From positions 96,001 to 160,000 of the forward strand of contig OZ245003.1 of the NCBI GenBank assembly GCA_965223425.1: DNA of 64,000 bases. Reading direction: 5' to 3'. Source of the DNA: Nitrosopumilus sp. Lineage in GTDB: Archaea > Thermoproteota > Nitrososphaeria > Nitrososphaerales > Nitrosopumilaceae. The translations under genes and the position numbers were made by a program. The notes beneath the pieces were generated by a model. That model ran no database searches. It had not been told where the DNA came from and saw only the letters and a program-made list of their open reading frames with translations. Below are positions 38,372 to 49,179 of this stretch, in pieces (position 1 is the stretch's first letter; each line of letters opens with the position of its first letter).

Positions 38372-39662
38372 GGTTCTGTGAAGTTATCGGGAGTTAACCC
38401 CTATAACTCGACTTTGACATATCGACTATTCGGATTACCAATGGTGTGCCGGATTCCGTCATCGCCGGCTCAAAAGTGCCGGACTGCGCTTCACATATGT
38501 CATCTCTACTGCCCCTAAACCTAGGGGGCAGCTTGCGTGATATGTTGTTCATGGCAGCGACAATATCCCTGTCCATAAACAAACCGCAATTATTACACGA
38601 CAGTTTACGATGCTGTTGCATGTCCTCTTGGAGTCTCTTTCCGCATTGCGGACACTGCGTGCTCGTGTTTCTTGGGTCTACTGTCTCGACTGGCGGGAGC
38701 CCGACCCGTTGGGCTTTGTATTCTATTTGGCGTTGCAGCTCGTAGAATTGCCACCCGTTCAATCTGCGCCTGTACTTGTTGCCCTGACCATTTCCTTTTT
38801 TGTAGAGTTTTCTAACTCCTTTCAGGTTTTCTAGAACGATTGCAGCCTTTTCTTTGACGGCATTATCCACAATATCCTTTGATATTCTGTGGATGCATTG
38901 TTTTGCTCTGTCAGTCAGTCTTCTCTGTTTTTCCTTGCAGAACTGGTTTTTCTTCCTGCGGTCATTTCTGTGGAAGCCTGCCCTGGCGTGTATTGTGTTC
39001 TCCTTTATGGATAGCAGCTTGTTTGTCTTGCAGACTGTCACCCCTTCCTCGCTCCCACACGTCACATTTCTTAGGTTTCTGTCTATTCCAACTTTCTTGG
39101 TGCACTCTATCTCTTGTACTTTTTTTGAAACACAAAGACTGATGTTGAGGGCAGTCAGTGAAAACGAGCGCACCGTCAGGGCGGGATCAGACAGGATTTT
39201 TTGGGCGTGATCGTTGAGTAAAATGTTGATTGGGTTATGCTTCTTGTATGGGATTGTTAGTAGTGCACCGTTGTGTTTTATGCCGTAACAGTTTGTCATA
39301 AAGGGATTTTTGACTATTGGGCCTCTTATTCTGACACCTCGTTTGACTGATTGTTTTCTGTTTGATAATATGCCTGCAGCCCTTGATATTGCATTTAGTT
39401 TGTATGACGATAAAATGTCATAGTTACGTAATTCATGATAACATAACATGGACAGCCTCTTCATATTGTGAGTGTCTTCTTTCAACCCTATCTTGATGCA
39501 ATGATTGGCCATCTTTGTGAATGTAGCCGCCATATCCATTAGGTCAGAGTTCGGCGCATATTTCTGTGATATTGGCTTTATCGCCTTCAGCGAATATCTT
39601 GCGGTTTGGAGGCTTGTACATTTTGGGAATTGACATATAACTCCCGATAACTTCACAGAACC
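38372..39662 (-). mobile_element. TIR-bounded non-autonomous element carrying tnpB
   Basis: Perfect 25-bp TIR GGTTCTGTGAAGTTATCGGGAGTTA; 8-bp TSD GATACTAG (38364-38371, 39663-39670). Confidence 0.93.
38394..39590 (-). CDS. tnpB: RNA-guided endonuclease TnpB
   Basis: VGIDRN, IVLENL, CPQC/CNNC, DRDIVAA. The start must lie inside the element (CTG at 39590 or ATG at 39539), not at 39758. Confidence 0.9.
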   Translation of the reverse strand: MKAIKPISQKYAPNSDLMDMAATFTKMANHCIKIGLKEDTHNMKRLSMLCYHELRNYDILSSYKLNAISRAAGILSNRKQSVKRGVRIRGPIVKNPFMTNCYGIKHNGALLTIPYKKHNPINILLNDHAQKILSDPALTVRSFSLTALNISLCVSKKVQEIECTKKVGIDRNLRNVTCGSEEGVTVCKTNKLLSIKENTIHARAGFHRNDRRKKNQFCKEKQRRLTDRAKQCIHRISKDIVDNAVKEKAAIVLENLKGVRKLYKKGNGQGNKYRRRLNGWQFYELQRQIEYKAQRVGLPPVETVDPRNTSTQCPQCGKRLQEDMQQHRKLSCNNCGLFMDRDIVAAMNNISRKLPPRFRGSRDDICEAQSGTFEPAMTESGTPLVIRIVDMSKSSYRG

Positions 39663-39704
39663 GATACTAGCAACTTTATTAAAAGAAAAATTGCAAAATA
39701 AGTT

Positions 39705-39926
39705 ATGAAGTCTGAAAAATGTGCTTATTGCGGCGATCTGACGGATTTGCCCTTTCAATGCAATTATTGTAAGGACCAGTTTTGTTCAGAACACAGGCTT
39801 CCTGAAGAACACAGATGTGTAAAACTCAGCCAGATTAGAGCAAAAAGATTTGGTGAAAAAAAAGTCATACGAGACGGCGGACCAAACAAGCCAAATATTT
39901 TCAAACGACTTTTTGGGAGATTTTAA
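39705..39926 (+). CDS. AN1-type zinc finger protein
   Basis: CAYC...FQCNYC...FCSEHRLPEEHRC. Confidence 0.9.
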   Translation: MKSEKCAYCGDLTDLPFQCNYCKDQFCSEHRLPEEHRCVKLSQIRAKRFGEKKVIRDGGPNKPNIFKRLFGRF

Positions 39927-39929
39927 AAA

Positions 39930-40214
39930 TCAATAAGGGCTTTTGTCAGGAGAAATCTTTGCGCGTCTACCTTGATAGATTAAGGCAATAGCAAGTGCAA
40001 ACATCACCATTGCAGTTAATGGAAAATTTTGGGGAGCAGGCAGAACAAACCAATAGTAAACGCCAAAACCAACAGAGACTGCCGCTTGTACCCAGAGTTT
40101 AATCCATTTTGGAGCTTTGATTAATCTGCTAACAACTTCAACAGAAAAGATTCCAATTACTGGATAAATTGTATAAAATAGAAAATCAATTACATCAACG
40201 CCTGTATGGGACAT
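39930..40214 (-). CDS. Small membrane protein
   Basis: Three hydrophobic segments. Confidence 0.75.
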   Translation of the reverse strand: MSHTGVDVIDFLFYTIYPVIGIFSVEVVSRLIKAPKWIKLWVQAAVSVGFGVYYWFVLPAPQNFPLTAMVMFALAIALIYQGRRAKISPDKSPY

Positions 40215-40247
40215 ATGGTATCAAAATAAAACATGCATAATTTCTAT

Positions 40248-40805
40248 CTAATCTTCCCAACGAACCTTGGTTGCAGCATTTTTGGTAATTAATGCCTGAG
40301 CATTCTCATATGGAATTGTGGCAATGTCCTCAGTTTTGAAGGGACCATATTTTTCAAGATCAGCACCAACAATCTCATCTACTTCTTTGAGAAACCGAAT
40401 AGCAATTTTCTTTATTTTGTGATTCTGGGCTACTGATTCAAGAAATTTTGACTTTCCGTTGATTGTTGCAGAAAGAATCATTTCTGTTCTTTCTTTTTGT
40501 TCCTCTTGTGAATCCAAGATGAATTTTTCTTCGTCTAGGAGATGTCCAATTTCTAGATCAGAAGATTTTGAAATTTTGTCTAATCGAATATGAATTAGTA
40601 GTGATGTTAGTTCTGTTGCCATTTCTATCAAAGCATCTTTGATTTTGCTTTCTATACCATCAAATTCTTGTTTTCTTAAATTACCGATAAAGTCAGCCAG
40701 GTTTCTATAAAAATTTGGATCAATTTCCAATATAGGATTGTTTTCAGTTTCCCGTAAAACTGTATGATGTAAAGAGTTGATATCAATTTGATTTGTTTCA
40801 GACAT
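40248..40805 (-). CDS. GINS complex subunit (Gins51-like)
   Basis: IDPNFY...RLDKI; C-terminal IVGADLEKYGPF..EDIATIP.ENA. Confidence 0.85.
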   Translation of the reverse strand: MSETNQIDINSLHHTVLRETENNPILEIDPNFYRNLADFIGNLRKQEFDGIESKIKDALIEMATELTSLLIHIRLDKISKSSDLEIGHLLDEEKFILDSQEEQKERTEMILSATINGKSKFLESVAQNHKIKKIAIRFLKEVDEIVGADLEKYGPFKTEDIATIPYENAQALITKNAATKVRWED

Positions 40806-40859
40806 TTCTTACCTAATCCTTAAATGCTGGATGTATTTGTGTTTGATTGAAGTACAAAA

Positions 40860-42320
40860 TTGCCCTATAAAGTCAGTCACGGTAAAGCAATACAGGTAAC
40901 ATATTCACCAGAAGAGGTTTTCTCTAGAATTCAACATGAGGGCATTCAGTTTATCGATCTGCAGTTTACTGGCCTTACAGGTCATTTTCATCACACCACA
41001 ATCTCAACTGATACGTTTACTCCCGAACAAATGAGGGATGGGTTACCAAAATTGGATGGTTCGTCAATCGTTGGTTTTACCAGTATTAATGATTCAGATC
41101 TGCTTCTCAAACCAGATCCAAACACATTTGCAATAATCCCTTGGATGACTGAAAACAAAACAGCTAGACTTCTTTGTGATGTGTATTGGGGGGGGAATAG
41201 AGGAAGGTTATCAAGAGATCCAAGAGGGATTGCACAAAAGGCTGAAGAATACATCAAATCTCAGGGATTTGATTTTAGTACTTGGGGTCCAGAGGTGGAA
41301 TTTTTTGTTTTTGATAAGGTACATTGGGATGTTCTAACTCCATACAAAGGACAATCATATTCAATTGAATCAAAAGAAGCGCCATGGAGCCAGGAAGGAG
41401 ACGGATACCCAATGGGATTACAAGAGGGATATTATCCAAGTACACCATCAGATACTCTCACACCATACAGAAACGAATGTGTGAATATTCTAAATAGGAA
41501 TTTTGGAATATTATGTGACAATCATCACCATGAAGTTGCAACTGCAGGACAATGTGAAATTGACATTAGATATGATCATCTTACAAATGCTGCAGATGCT
41601 GCACAATCTTACAAATATGTTATCAGAAATATTGCACAAAAGTATGGCAAGGTTGCAACAATGATGCCAAAACCAATTGCAATGGATTCAGGTTCCGGAA
41701 TGCACGTTAATGTTAGTTTATGGAAAGGAAAAGAAAACATGTTTTATGATTCAGAAGATGAGATTGAATTGAGTCAGACTGCAAGATATTTTTGCGGTGG
41801 AATTGTTAATCATGCCAAAGCATTATCAGCAATTTGTAATCCTACTACTAACTCATACCATAGACTTGTACCTGGATATGAAGCTCCGGCATATATTGCA
41901 TGGAGTTCAGGAAATAGATCTGCCATTGTTAGAGTTCCAAAACATCTTACAGGAAAAGGGTATGCACATCTAAAGAGACTGGAGTTCAGAGCGCCAGATC
42001 CTTCATCTAATCCATATCTTGTATTTGCTGCAGTAACAGGAGCTGGAATGGATGGAATCAAAAAGAAGATGGATCCGGGGGATCAAGTACGTGATGATAT
42101 CTTTAAGATGACCAGATCAGATAGAGCTAAAAGGGGCATTGGCGTTCTTCCAAAAAGTCTTGGTGAGGCATTAGATGAGTTAGAGAGTGATAGAAAGTTC
42201 CTTAATCCAATTTACACCAATGATGTAATTGACAAGATAATAGAGTTAGAAAGAAGAGATCAGCGTGAAATAGCTATTAGGCCACACCCACATGAGTTTT
42301 ATCTATACTTTGATGTTTAG
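40860..42320 (+). CDS. glnA: Glutamine synthetase type I (copy 2)
   Basis: DGSSI, GPEVEFF, HHEVA, MPKP, GSGMH, RLVPGYEAP, RLEFRAPD. Confidence 0.95.
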   Translation: MPYKVSHGKAIQVTYSPEEVFSRIQHEGIQFIDLQFTGLTGHFHHTTISTDTFTPEQMRDGLPKLDGSSIVGFTSINDSDLLLKPDPNTFAIIPWMTENKTARLLCDVYWGGNRGRLSRDPRGIAQKAEEYIKSQGFDFSTWGPEVEFFVFDKVHWDVLTPYKGQSYSIESKEAPWSQEGDGYPMGLQEGYYPSTPSDTLTPYRNECVNILNRNFGILCDNHHHEVATAGQCEIDIRYDHLTNAADAAQSYKYVIRNIAQKYGKVATMMPKPIAMDSGSGMHVNVSLWKGKENMFYDSEDEIELSQTARYFCGGIVNHAKALSAICNPTTNSYHRLVPGYEAPAYIAWSSGNRSAIVRVPKHLTGKGYAHLKRLEFRAPDPSSNPYLVFAAVTGAGMDGIKKKMDPGDQVRDDIFKMTRSDRAKRGIGVLPKSLGEALDELESDRKFLNPIYTNDVIDKIIELERRDQREIAIRPHPHEFYLYFDV

Positions 42321-42598
42321 AGTCTACCAGTGAGGTGAAAAACAGAGTATAATGAAATTATCATTAAAGCAAATCCTATTCCCAAGAATGTTCCTCTTTT
42401 ACTTTCAGATGTAGCGGCCTTGTACAATAAAACCCCACCAGCAAGACCTACAAATAATACCAAAACTCCAAGAACCACGTCATCAAAACTTGTGCCAGTA
42501 ATTAACGGATAAAAGAGTCCAGAAAGTAATGCAAAAAATACAATCAAGTAAATGTACTTGAAACCAGTAAGCATTGTGGATGATATTTTATTCAACAT
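42317..42598 (-). CDS. Small membrane protein
   Basis: Three TM helices. Confidence 0.75.
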   Translation of the reverse strand: MLNKISSTMLTGFKYIYLIVFFALLSGLFYPLITGTSFDDVVLGVLVLFVGLAGGVLLYKAATSESKRGTFLGIGFALMIISLYSVFHLTGRL

Positions 42599-42649
42599 TG
42601 TTCGTAAATATGGTTATCAAATAAACTTTTGAAAAAATTTCAAAATAAC

Positions 42650-44365
42650 TCACATCATTCCGCCCATGTCAGGCATTCCGCCCATTCCAGGTGGCATCCC
42701 TCCCATTCCAGGTGGCATCCCTCCCATTCCAGGTGGCATCCCTCCTTCTCCTCCACCGGGAGGTCCACCTGCAGATTTCTGGGTAGCAATTACATCATCA
42801 ATTCTAAGAATCATACATGCAGCCTCAGCAGATGCAGATACAACTTGAAGTTTAACTGCAAGTGGTTCAATAATGTCACTTGATTTCATATTAGCAATCT
42901 TTCCTTTCATAACATCAATTCCAGTCCATTTCTCGCCTTTCTGTTGTTTTGATCGAAGAAGTGTAAGGGTATCAATTGGATCCATTCCAGCATTTTCAGC
43001 AAGGGTTAATGGAATTGTCTCTAATGCATCAGCAAATTTTTCTGCAGCTAGCTGTTCTCTTCCTTCGAGAGATTTTGCCCAATTTCTTAATTTTGTTGCA
43101 GCAAATGTTTCAGGAGCACCTCCGCCTGCAACAATTTCTGGTTTTTCAATTACATCTTTTACAACCATTAAAGCATCATGAACAGAGCGTGCAACTTCAT
43201 CAACTACTCTTTGCGAGCCTCCACGAAGAAGCAAGGTAACTGATTTTGGGTGTTTACAGCCTTCTACAAATACCCATTTGTCTTCCTCAATTTTTCTTTC
43301 TTCAACAACATCTGCGCTACCTAGATCTTTTTCAAAAAGATCGTCAAGGTTTGTAACTATTCTAGCACCTGTTGCTTTTGCAAGTTTTGTAAGATCACTT
43401 TCTTTTATTCTTCTAACTGCAATAATTCCAGCTTTTGCTAGATAATGTTGAGCCATATCATCAAGGCCTTTTTGACACAAAACCACATTTGCACCAGAGC
43501 CAATGACTTTGTCAACCATTGTTTTTAACATTCTATTTTCTTCGTCTAGAAATGATTTTAGTTGTTGGGGATTTGAAATGTTAATCTTGGCGTCAGTTTC
43601 AGTTTTACTAATTTCTAATGCGGTGTTAATTAATGCAATCTTGGCATCGGTAATTTTTCTAGGCATACCTCCATGAACAATTTCTTTGTCAAGAACAATG
43701 CCTTGAATTATCATCGAGTCTTTGATAGACCCGCCTGCCTTTTTTTCTACTTTAACGTCATCAATATCAACATCATAACTTTCACTGTCTTTTTCAGAAA
43801 CAGAGAGAATAGATTTTACAACAATATCTGCCAGCTGATCAGAATCTTTTCTAACAAGTTTAGTTTGCATTGAAGTTTTTGCAATTTTGGTTAGGATGTT
43901 TTTATCATTTGCATCTACCTTGTCTGCAATACTTTCAAGAAATTGTTTTGCTTTTCTTCCGGCTTTTCTGTAACCATCTACGATAATTGTTGGATGAACA
44001 TCTTGATCAATTAGTGATTCAGCATGTTCCAATAACGCACCAGCCAAGACAACTGCTGAAGTTGTACCATCTCCAACTTCGTTGTCTGTAGTTTTTGAAA
44101 TTTCAACCAGCATTTTTGCAGCCGGGTGTTGAACATCAATTTCTTTTAAAATTGTGGCACCATCATTTGTAATAGTGACATCACCCAGAGAGTCAACTAG
44201 CATTTTATCCATACCACGTGGGCCTAGACTGGTATGAACAATTTCGGCAATAATTTTGGATGCAGCAATGTTGTTTTTTTGTGCGTCTCTGCCCTTGGTT
44301 TCTGAACCTCCTTCCTTTAGCAGTACGACAGGCATACTGCCTTTTGAAGTGGCTTGCATTCCCAT
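42650..44365 (-). CDS. thsB: Thermosome (group II chaperonin) subunit
   Basis: [25 protein letters not shown] tail; alpha/beta assignment uncertain. Confidence 0.92.
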   Translation of the reverse strand: MGMQATSKGSMPVVLLKEGGSETKGRDAQKNNIAASKIIAEIVHTSLGPRGMDKMLVDSLGDVTITNDGATILKEIDVQHPAAKMLVEISKTTDNEVGDGTTSAVVLAGALLEHAESLIDQDVHPTIIVDGYRKAGRKAKQFLESIADKVDANDKNILTKIAKTSMQTKLVRKDSDQLADIVVKSILSVSEKDSESYDVDIDDVKVEKKAGGSIKDSMIIQGIVLDKEIVHGGMPRKITDAKIALINTALEISKTETDAKINISNPQQLKSFLDEENRMLKTMVDKVIGSGANVVLCQKGLDDMAQHYLAKAGIIAVRRIKESDLTKLAKATGARIVTNLDDLFEKDLGSADVVEERKIEEDKWVFVEGCKHPKSVTLLLRGGSQRVVDEVARSVHDALMVVKDVIEKPEIVAGGGAPETFAATKLRNWAKSLEGREQLAAEKFADALETIPLTLAENAGMDPIDTLTLLRSKQQKGEKWTGIDVMKGKIANMKSSDIIEPLAVKLQVVSASAEAACMILRIDDVIATQKSAGGPPGGGEGGMPPGMGGMPPGMGGMPPGMGGMPDMGGMM

Positions 44366-44456
44366 AGATGCAAAAACTCCAGATTCCCCTTTTATACCTT
44401 CCAGATCAAGATGGGGGGATTTGATGTATCGGTGTTTTTAAATTGGGAAAATCAAG

Positions 44457-45788
44457 TTGCAAAATGTGGCCAAATCACAGAATAAAGAAGCCTACAATAA
44501 AATTTTCACTAAATTAAAGGAGCATCACAAATGGTTTGAAAATTCAATTCCGCTAATTGCAAGTGAAAATATTCCTAGCCCAGCTGTTAGAGAGGCAATA
44601 ATCTCGGATTTTGGTAACAGGTATGCTGAGGGTTGGCCGGGTGAGAGAGTGTATGCAGGATGTATCTACATTGACGATGTGGAGTTTGAATGTATGAAAT
44701 TAGCCAAAAAACTCTACAAAGCAAAGTTTGCAGATGTTAGACCAATTTCAGGTGTTGTTGCAAATCTTGCAGTATATTCAGCTTATTCAAATCCTGGAGA
44801 TGTAATGTTAGCACCGTCTATTCCAGCTGGGGGCCATATCTCACATGGTAAAAAAGAGCATTCAGGAACTGCAGGGTTAGTTCATGGATTAGAAATTGAA
44901 TTCTATCCATTTAACGCAGAAGAAATGACAATTGATGTTGACAAGACAAAACAGAAAGTTAAGGGATTAAAGAAAAACAATCGTTTGCCAAAGATAGCAA
45001 TGTTTGGCGGTTCGTTATTCTTGTTTCCACATCCTGTTAAAGAGTTGTCAGACTTTCTAAAGAGTTATGGCATGCATATCAATTATGATGCGGCTCATGT
45101 TGCAGGATTAATTGCCGGCGGAAAATTCCAAGACCCTCTTCGTGAAGGTGCAGATACAATGACTATGAGCACTCACAAGACTTTGTTTGGACCACAGGGA
45201 GGATTAGTTCTAGGTTCTGAAGAACATGAAGAGCCTATCAAAAAAGCAACATTCCCGGGTCTTACAAGCAGTCATCATATTAACAACATGGCAGGAAAAG
45301 CGGTTGCTTTTGCCGAGGCTTTAGAATTTGGAAAAGATTATGCCAGTCAAGTTATAAAAAATGCTAAATCATTTGCTGATGCATTAAATGATGCAGGATT
45401 CAAGGTGTTAGGAGAAAGTAGGGGATTTACAAAATCACATCAGGTTGCAGTTAATGTTTTAGATTATTCAGACGGTGGAAAAGTAGAAGCAGATTTAGAA
45501 AAAGCCAACATCATAGTTAACAGACAACTTATTCCAGGAGACATTAAGGCTGGAAGAAACTATTTCCATCCGGGCGGAATCAGATTAGGAGTTTCTGAAA
45601 TTACACGACTTGGAATGAAGAAAAATGAAATGCAAGAAATTGCAGGTTTAATTAAACAGGTAGTTATAGATAAAAAGAATCCAAAGAATCTACTTTCAAA
45701 AGTAAAGGCTTTCAGAAAGAACTATCAGAAAGTCAAATTCTGTTTTGATGGTAAATTGGGTGCTTATGAGTACGTCAAACTAAGATGA
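44457..45788 (+). CDS. glyA: Serine hydroxymethyltransferase
   Basis: LIASEN, YAEG, STHKT.FGPQGG. Confidence 0.95.
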   Translation: MQNVAKSQNKEAYNKIFTKLKEHHKWFENSIPLIASENIPSPAVREAIISDFGNRYAEGWPGERVYAGCIYIDDVEFECMKLAKKLYKAKFADVRPISGVVANLAVYSAYSNPGDVMLAPSIPAGGHISHGKKEHSGTAGLVHGLEIEFYPFNAEEMTIDVDKTKQKVKGLKKNNRLPKIAMFGGSLFLFPHPVKELSDFLKSYGMHINYDAAHVAGLIAGGKFQDPLREGADTMTMSTHKTLFGPQGGLVLGSEEHEEPIKKATFPGLTSSHHINNMAGKAVAFAEALEFGKDYASQVIKNAKSFADALNDAGFKVLGESRGFTKSHQVAVNVLDYSDGGKVEADLEKANIIVNRQLIPGDIKAGRNYFHPGGIRLGVSEITRLGMKKNEMQEIAGLIKQVVIDKKNPKNLLSKVKAFRKNYQKVKFCFDGKLGAYEYVKLR

Positions 45789-45789
45789 T

Positions 45790-48700
45790 TCAGGCATAAT
45801 CAGTAAGAAGTGATTGGTCTCCTTGACTTTTACCAAACACCAACTCAATTTCATCTGAGAGTGCATGAATTCTACCTCTCTGATATTCGCCAACATCATA
45901 TTTCTCAACAAGCCTTTTTGCAAGTTTTAGGTATTTTTCAACTGATCCTCTAGTTATTGTAGGGATCAGCTTATGACCGCAGACGCAAGTTTGGATGAGA
46001 GGCGTCCTACGAAATGATTTTCCACAACCGGTACATCTAAAATTTTGTCTGGCGTATGATCTAAGATTTCCCATTATATCTGGAACCAAGTGTGTTGAAA
46101 TAACATTTGAAACAATTTCTGAGGTATTTACTGCGTCAATTAGTTCGGCATTTTTAATTTGCATATCAAATTTGTCAAGCATAGATCCAAGTGTAGAATA
46201 TGCACTGCGTGATTTGGAAGTGGTCAAAGAAGATGTTGAATGTGTAAAGAAGTAGTCACAGAATTGTTTTTCAGTTTCAAGACGTGATTTTATAATTTCT
46301 ACAGATGTCACGTCTGATGCCTTAATTTGTTGAATAGTAGACTCGAAGAATTCCAATGGAAGTGATTTTGTGACTTCAAGATTGTGTGCTTGTGGCTGGG
46401 ATTCATGTGGCAATACAAGAGGCTGAACAAGTAATGGAGCATCCATTAATCCGCCTATTCTATCAGAAAGAAACTGTCTTGAGAAATTAAGCAAGCTGTC
46501 CATTAGAAGCATAATAGAATCAGCATCGCCATCTGCATCTCTTCTTTTTGCAGAATGCCAGTTTGGAGTTCCAAAACAAACATGGGTTTCAGCATAGCCA
46601 ATAATCCGCCCTACTATTCCAACAGAAGTATGGGGGGCCAAACCAATTACCAGATGGCCAATTAGTTCTTCAGAATTTTTTACATTGTAAAATGAGGATT
46701 TTCCATAAAACTTGACTAAAAGAGAATCAATGTACTTGCAAGTATCAACTAGATATTTTCCACTATCGTAAGGAATTATCACATCTTGCATGCGAAGTTC
46801 AACAATTTGTTCTGAATGTTCAAGAGGTTTTCCGTCAATATCACTAGAATATCCCAACTGCTTTAGTTTCTCTATGGATGTTCCAATCCATGACGGTTTG
46901 AATTGGGTCAGAGGTGAATTCGTTGCATCAAATCTAACAGTTCCATCTTTAAACACAGTAAGCCCGAAGTTTTGACGTGCAAGCCCTTTTTCAAGAGGTT
47001 CAGCAATTTTGTCTTGACTGATTAACTCCTTTACTCCCTTGAATGGTTCTTGGGCACGAAATTCCATCTTTTGTTGAGCTGAAAGCAGTTTCGCTTTTAG
47101 TGGGAATTCCTTGTGTGAATAAGCTGGTGCCTTACGTTTACATTTTTCACAGTATGGTTCATCCAGAGTATCCCTACAATTTGAACATCTGTAAGTGATT
47201 GTTGTCTTAGTACCACATTTAGAGCATTTTATGCCAATAGAAGGTTCATCACATTGATTACAACGTCTGTTGAAAATGTTAGTAAAGAAGTGTTCAGTTC
47301 TAGATGCTTTTAGAAGATCTCTAGTCAGTCCGCCTTTGTCACTAATTGGAAACAATACGTGTGTAGGAGGTTTCATTTGTCTAGGTGCAGCTTTCTCAGG
47401 TCTTCCTATTCTAACTCCAATAGAGTTTGAGAATTTGTTTCTAATTTGAATTCCAGATATTTTTGAAATGATTTTTGGAACTGACAAATCAGAAATTGTT
47501 AGTTTTTCTCTGAATAACAAATTAAAGAAAATTTTTGCCTCTAGATTTTCTAGAGTTATAGTATCATTTTCAATTTTATGAGGAGTCCCCAATTTTTCAA
47601 GAATTTTTTTGGTTTGAATTGAATATTCAATTGATGTTTCATTAACTTGTTTCGGTTCTAAAAGCTGTTCAAGTTCTTTTGGTGAAATTTTATCCCAAAA
47701 ATACAGATATTGTGGGTGGAGAGAAATTTGAAAATCAACAGAAATTTTTAATGCTTCATCTATTGTTGGGTTTTTGATCAGAAATTGTTTTAGATATTGA
47801 TCATTTGGTTCATGTTTCTGGATTTTTTGTTTTAGTTCTTCTATCCAAAATTCCTCAACATATCCTGAAGGAATAAGTTGGGCATTGTTTTCAAGAAAGT
47901 CTCCAAACGAAATTAAAATGTCTCCAAGATGTAGAATTTTTTCCATTTCATTTTTTATTTCTAGTCCGTGTTTTACATCTCTGATTTTTACGACATTGCC
48001 ATTTTTCAAACGAACTATAGGAGTGTCGATAGAGTCTACAAATGCTACAGTTGCCCCCTTTCCTGGAGTATCGATTTTGATCTGTGTTCCTACAGTAATT
48101 GTATGATCCAGAATTTCAGCAATTACAGGATGAAGCCCGACTGATGCAAACCCGGTATTACATGCTCTGCCATATCTTAGTCTAAATCCGCCTAATTTGT
48201 TAGGCATGGATAAGACTGATCTGCCTGTAATTACCTCACGCATTCTTTTGGCAGCTGCATCTTCCTGGTTTTCACCCGTTTGAACTGCGCCTTTAAGATC
48301 ATTGAGCCATTCCCAGCCATCAAGATGATACAACTCGATTCTTTTGAGAAGTTTTTTGGATCTTCCAATTAGTCCGTCATTTAAAACACGTAAAGCGCCA
48401 CCCCTAACTCTATCAGTTTTGATACGAGCCATAGATTTGTGATTTACAACCTCAAATGGATCTGTATCCACTCCATCTAACTCCACGGGAAGATTAGAGA
48501 TCACATGTTCAATATCTTCATCTAAGATATGGAATTGAAAACTACTGGCCTCTCTTTCATAAATTCTTAATTCTTCAACAAATCTACCAGTCTCATCATC
48601 AAAGGAATTAGCTTGGAATTTTGATAGTCCAACTGCTTTTCTTACATGATCTGCAATTAGCATTGTTACTGCAGATTCTGTTCCTCCTGCCGAACGCATC

Positions 48701-49167
48701 GGCCCTGCAATTGAAACCGAAAGATATTCAGTTCCATCTTTGTTTTTCTTTATCTTTACTTCACTAATTCCTTGCAAGGGTGCTATGGTTACTCCTTCAG
48801 TAACAATTGCCAGTCCCACACGAACAGCAAGATCCAACTTGTCTTCTAAGGAAGCATCGGGTAGAGAGTATTTTCCAAGCGCAATTTCTTTTGATAAATT
48901 TAGTGCAGAGAGTTCCTTTCCATTTGATTTTAATAATTTTCTTAAATGCTCAGCGATGTCAATATCGTGCATTTTGGCAACCCTGTCTGCCAGATCAAAT
49001 GCAATTTTGGGTTCTATAATCCCAGAAGAATCCACTAGGCTTGATTTAGCATCTGCTGCTTTCTCAAAAATAGAAAATGTTTCATTTGAGAGTTTTGAAT
49101 AATAGTCAAGATAATAATCAGGCATCTTGATACCACTAATACGAGAAATTGCATCATTATCAGGCAT
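45790..49167 (-). CDS. polC: DNA polymerase D large subunit (DP2)
   Basis: AGPMRSAGGT, GGFRLRYGR, FKDGTVRFD, KRRDADGDAD; no intein evident. Confidence 0.96.
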   Translation of the reverse strand: MPDNDAISRISGIKMPDYYLDYYSKLSNETFSIFEKAADAKSSLVDSSGIIEPKIAFDLADRVAKMHDIDIAEHLRKLLKSNGKELSALNLSKEIALGKYSLPDASLEDKLDLAVRVGLAIVTEGVTIAPLQGISEVKIKKNKDGTEYLSVSIAGPMRSAGGTESAVTMLIADHVRKAVGLSKFQANSFDDETGRFVEELRIYEREASSFQFHILDEDIEHVISNLPVELDGVDTDPFEVVNHKSMARIKTDRVRGGALRVLNDGLIGRSKKLLKRIELYHLDGWEWLNDLKGAVQTGENQEDAAAKRMREVITGRSVLSMPNKLGGFRLRYGRACNTGFASVGLHPVIAEILDHTITVGTQIKIDTPGKGATVAFVDSIDTPIVRLKNGNVVKIRDVKHGLEIKNEMEKILHLGDILISFGDFLENNAQLIPSGYVEEFWIEELKQKIQKHEPNDQYLKQFLIKNPTIDEALKISVDFQISLHPQYLYFWDKISPKELEQLLEPKQVNETSIEYSIQTKKILEKLGTPHKIENDTITLENLEAKIFFNLLFREKLTISDLSVPKIISKISGIQIRNKFSNSIGVRIGRPEKAAPRQMKPPTHVLFPISDKGGLTRDLLKASRTEHFFTNIFNRRCNQCDEPSIGIKCSKCGTKTTITYRCSNCRDTLDEPYCEKCKRKAPAYSHKEFPLKAKLLSAQQKMEFRAQEPFKGVKELISQDKIAEPLEKGLARQNFGLTVFKDGTVRFDATNSPLTQFKPSWIGTSIEKLKQLGYSSDIDGKPLEHSEQIVELRMQDVIIPYDSGKYLVDTCKYIDSLLVKFYGKSSFYNVKNSEELIGHLVIGLAPHTSVGIVGRIIGYAETHVCFGTPNWHSAKRRDADGDADSIMLLMDSLLNFSRQFLSDRIGGLMDAPLLVQPLVLPHESQPQAHNLEVTKSLPLEFFESTIQQIKASDVTSVEIIKSRLETEKQFCDYFFTHSTSSLTTSKSRSAYSTLGSMLDKFDMQIKNAELIDAVNTSEIVSNVISTHLVPDIMGNLRSYARQNFRCTGCGKSFRRTPLIQTCVCGHKLIPTITRGSVEKYLKLAKRLVEKYDVGEYQRGRIHALSDEIELVFGKSQGDQSLLTDYA

Positions 49168-49179
49168 AATAGAGCTCTA

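Noticed and set aside
39591-39758. N-terminal extension of TnpB in the ORF track
   Set aside because: It runs through the TIR and TSD into host DNA and overlaps the AN1 gene, so it is a fortuitous open frame.
40860-42320. Two glnA genes as a novelty in itself
   Set aside because: GS paralogs are common; only the gene context of the first copy is noted.
42660-42745. 21-bp tandem repeats
   Set aside because: They encode the ordinary GGMPPGM chaperonin tail.
45790-49167. Intein in DP2
   Set aside because: The length and motifs are continuous, with no intein signature.
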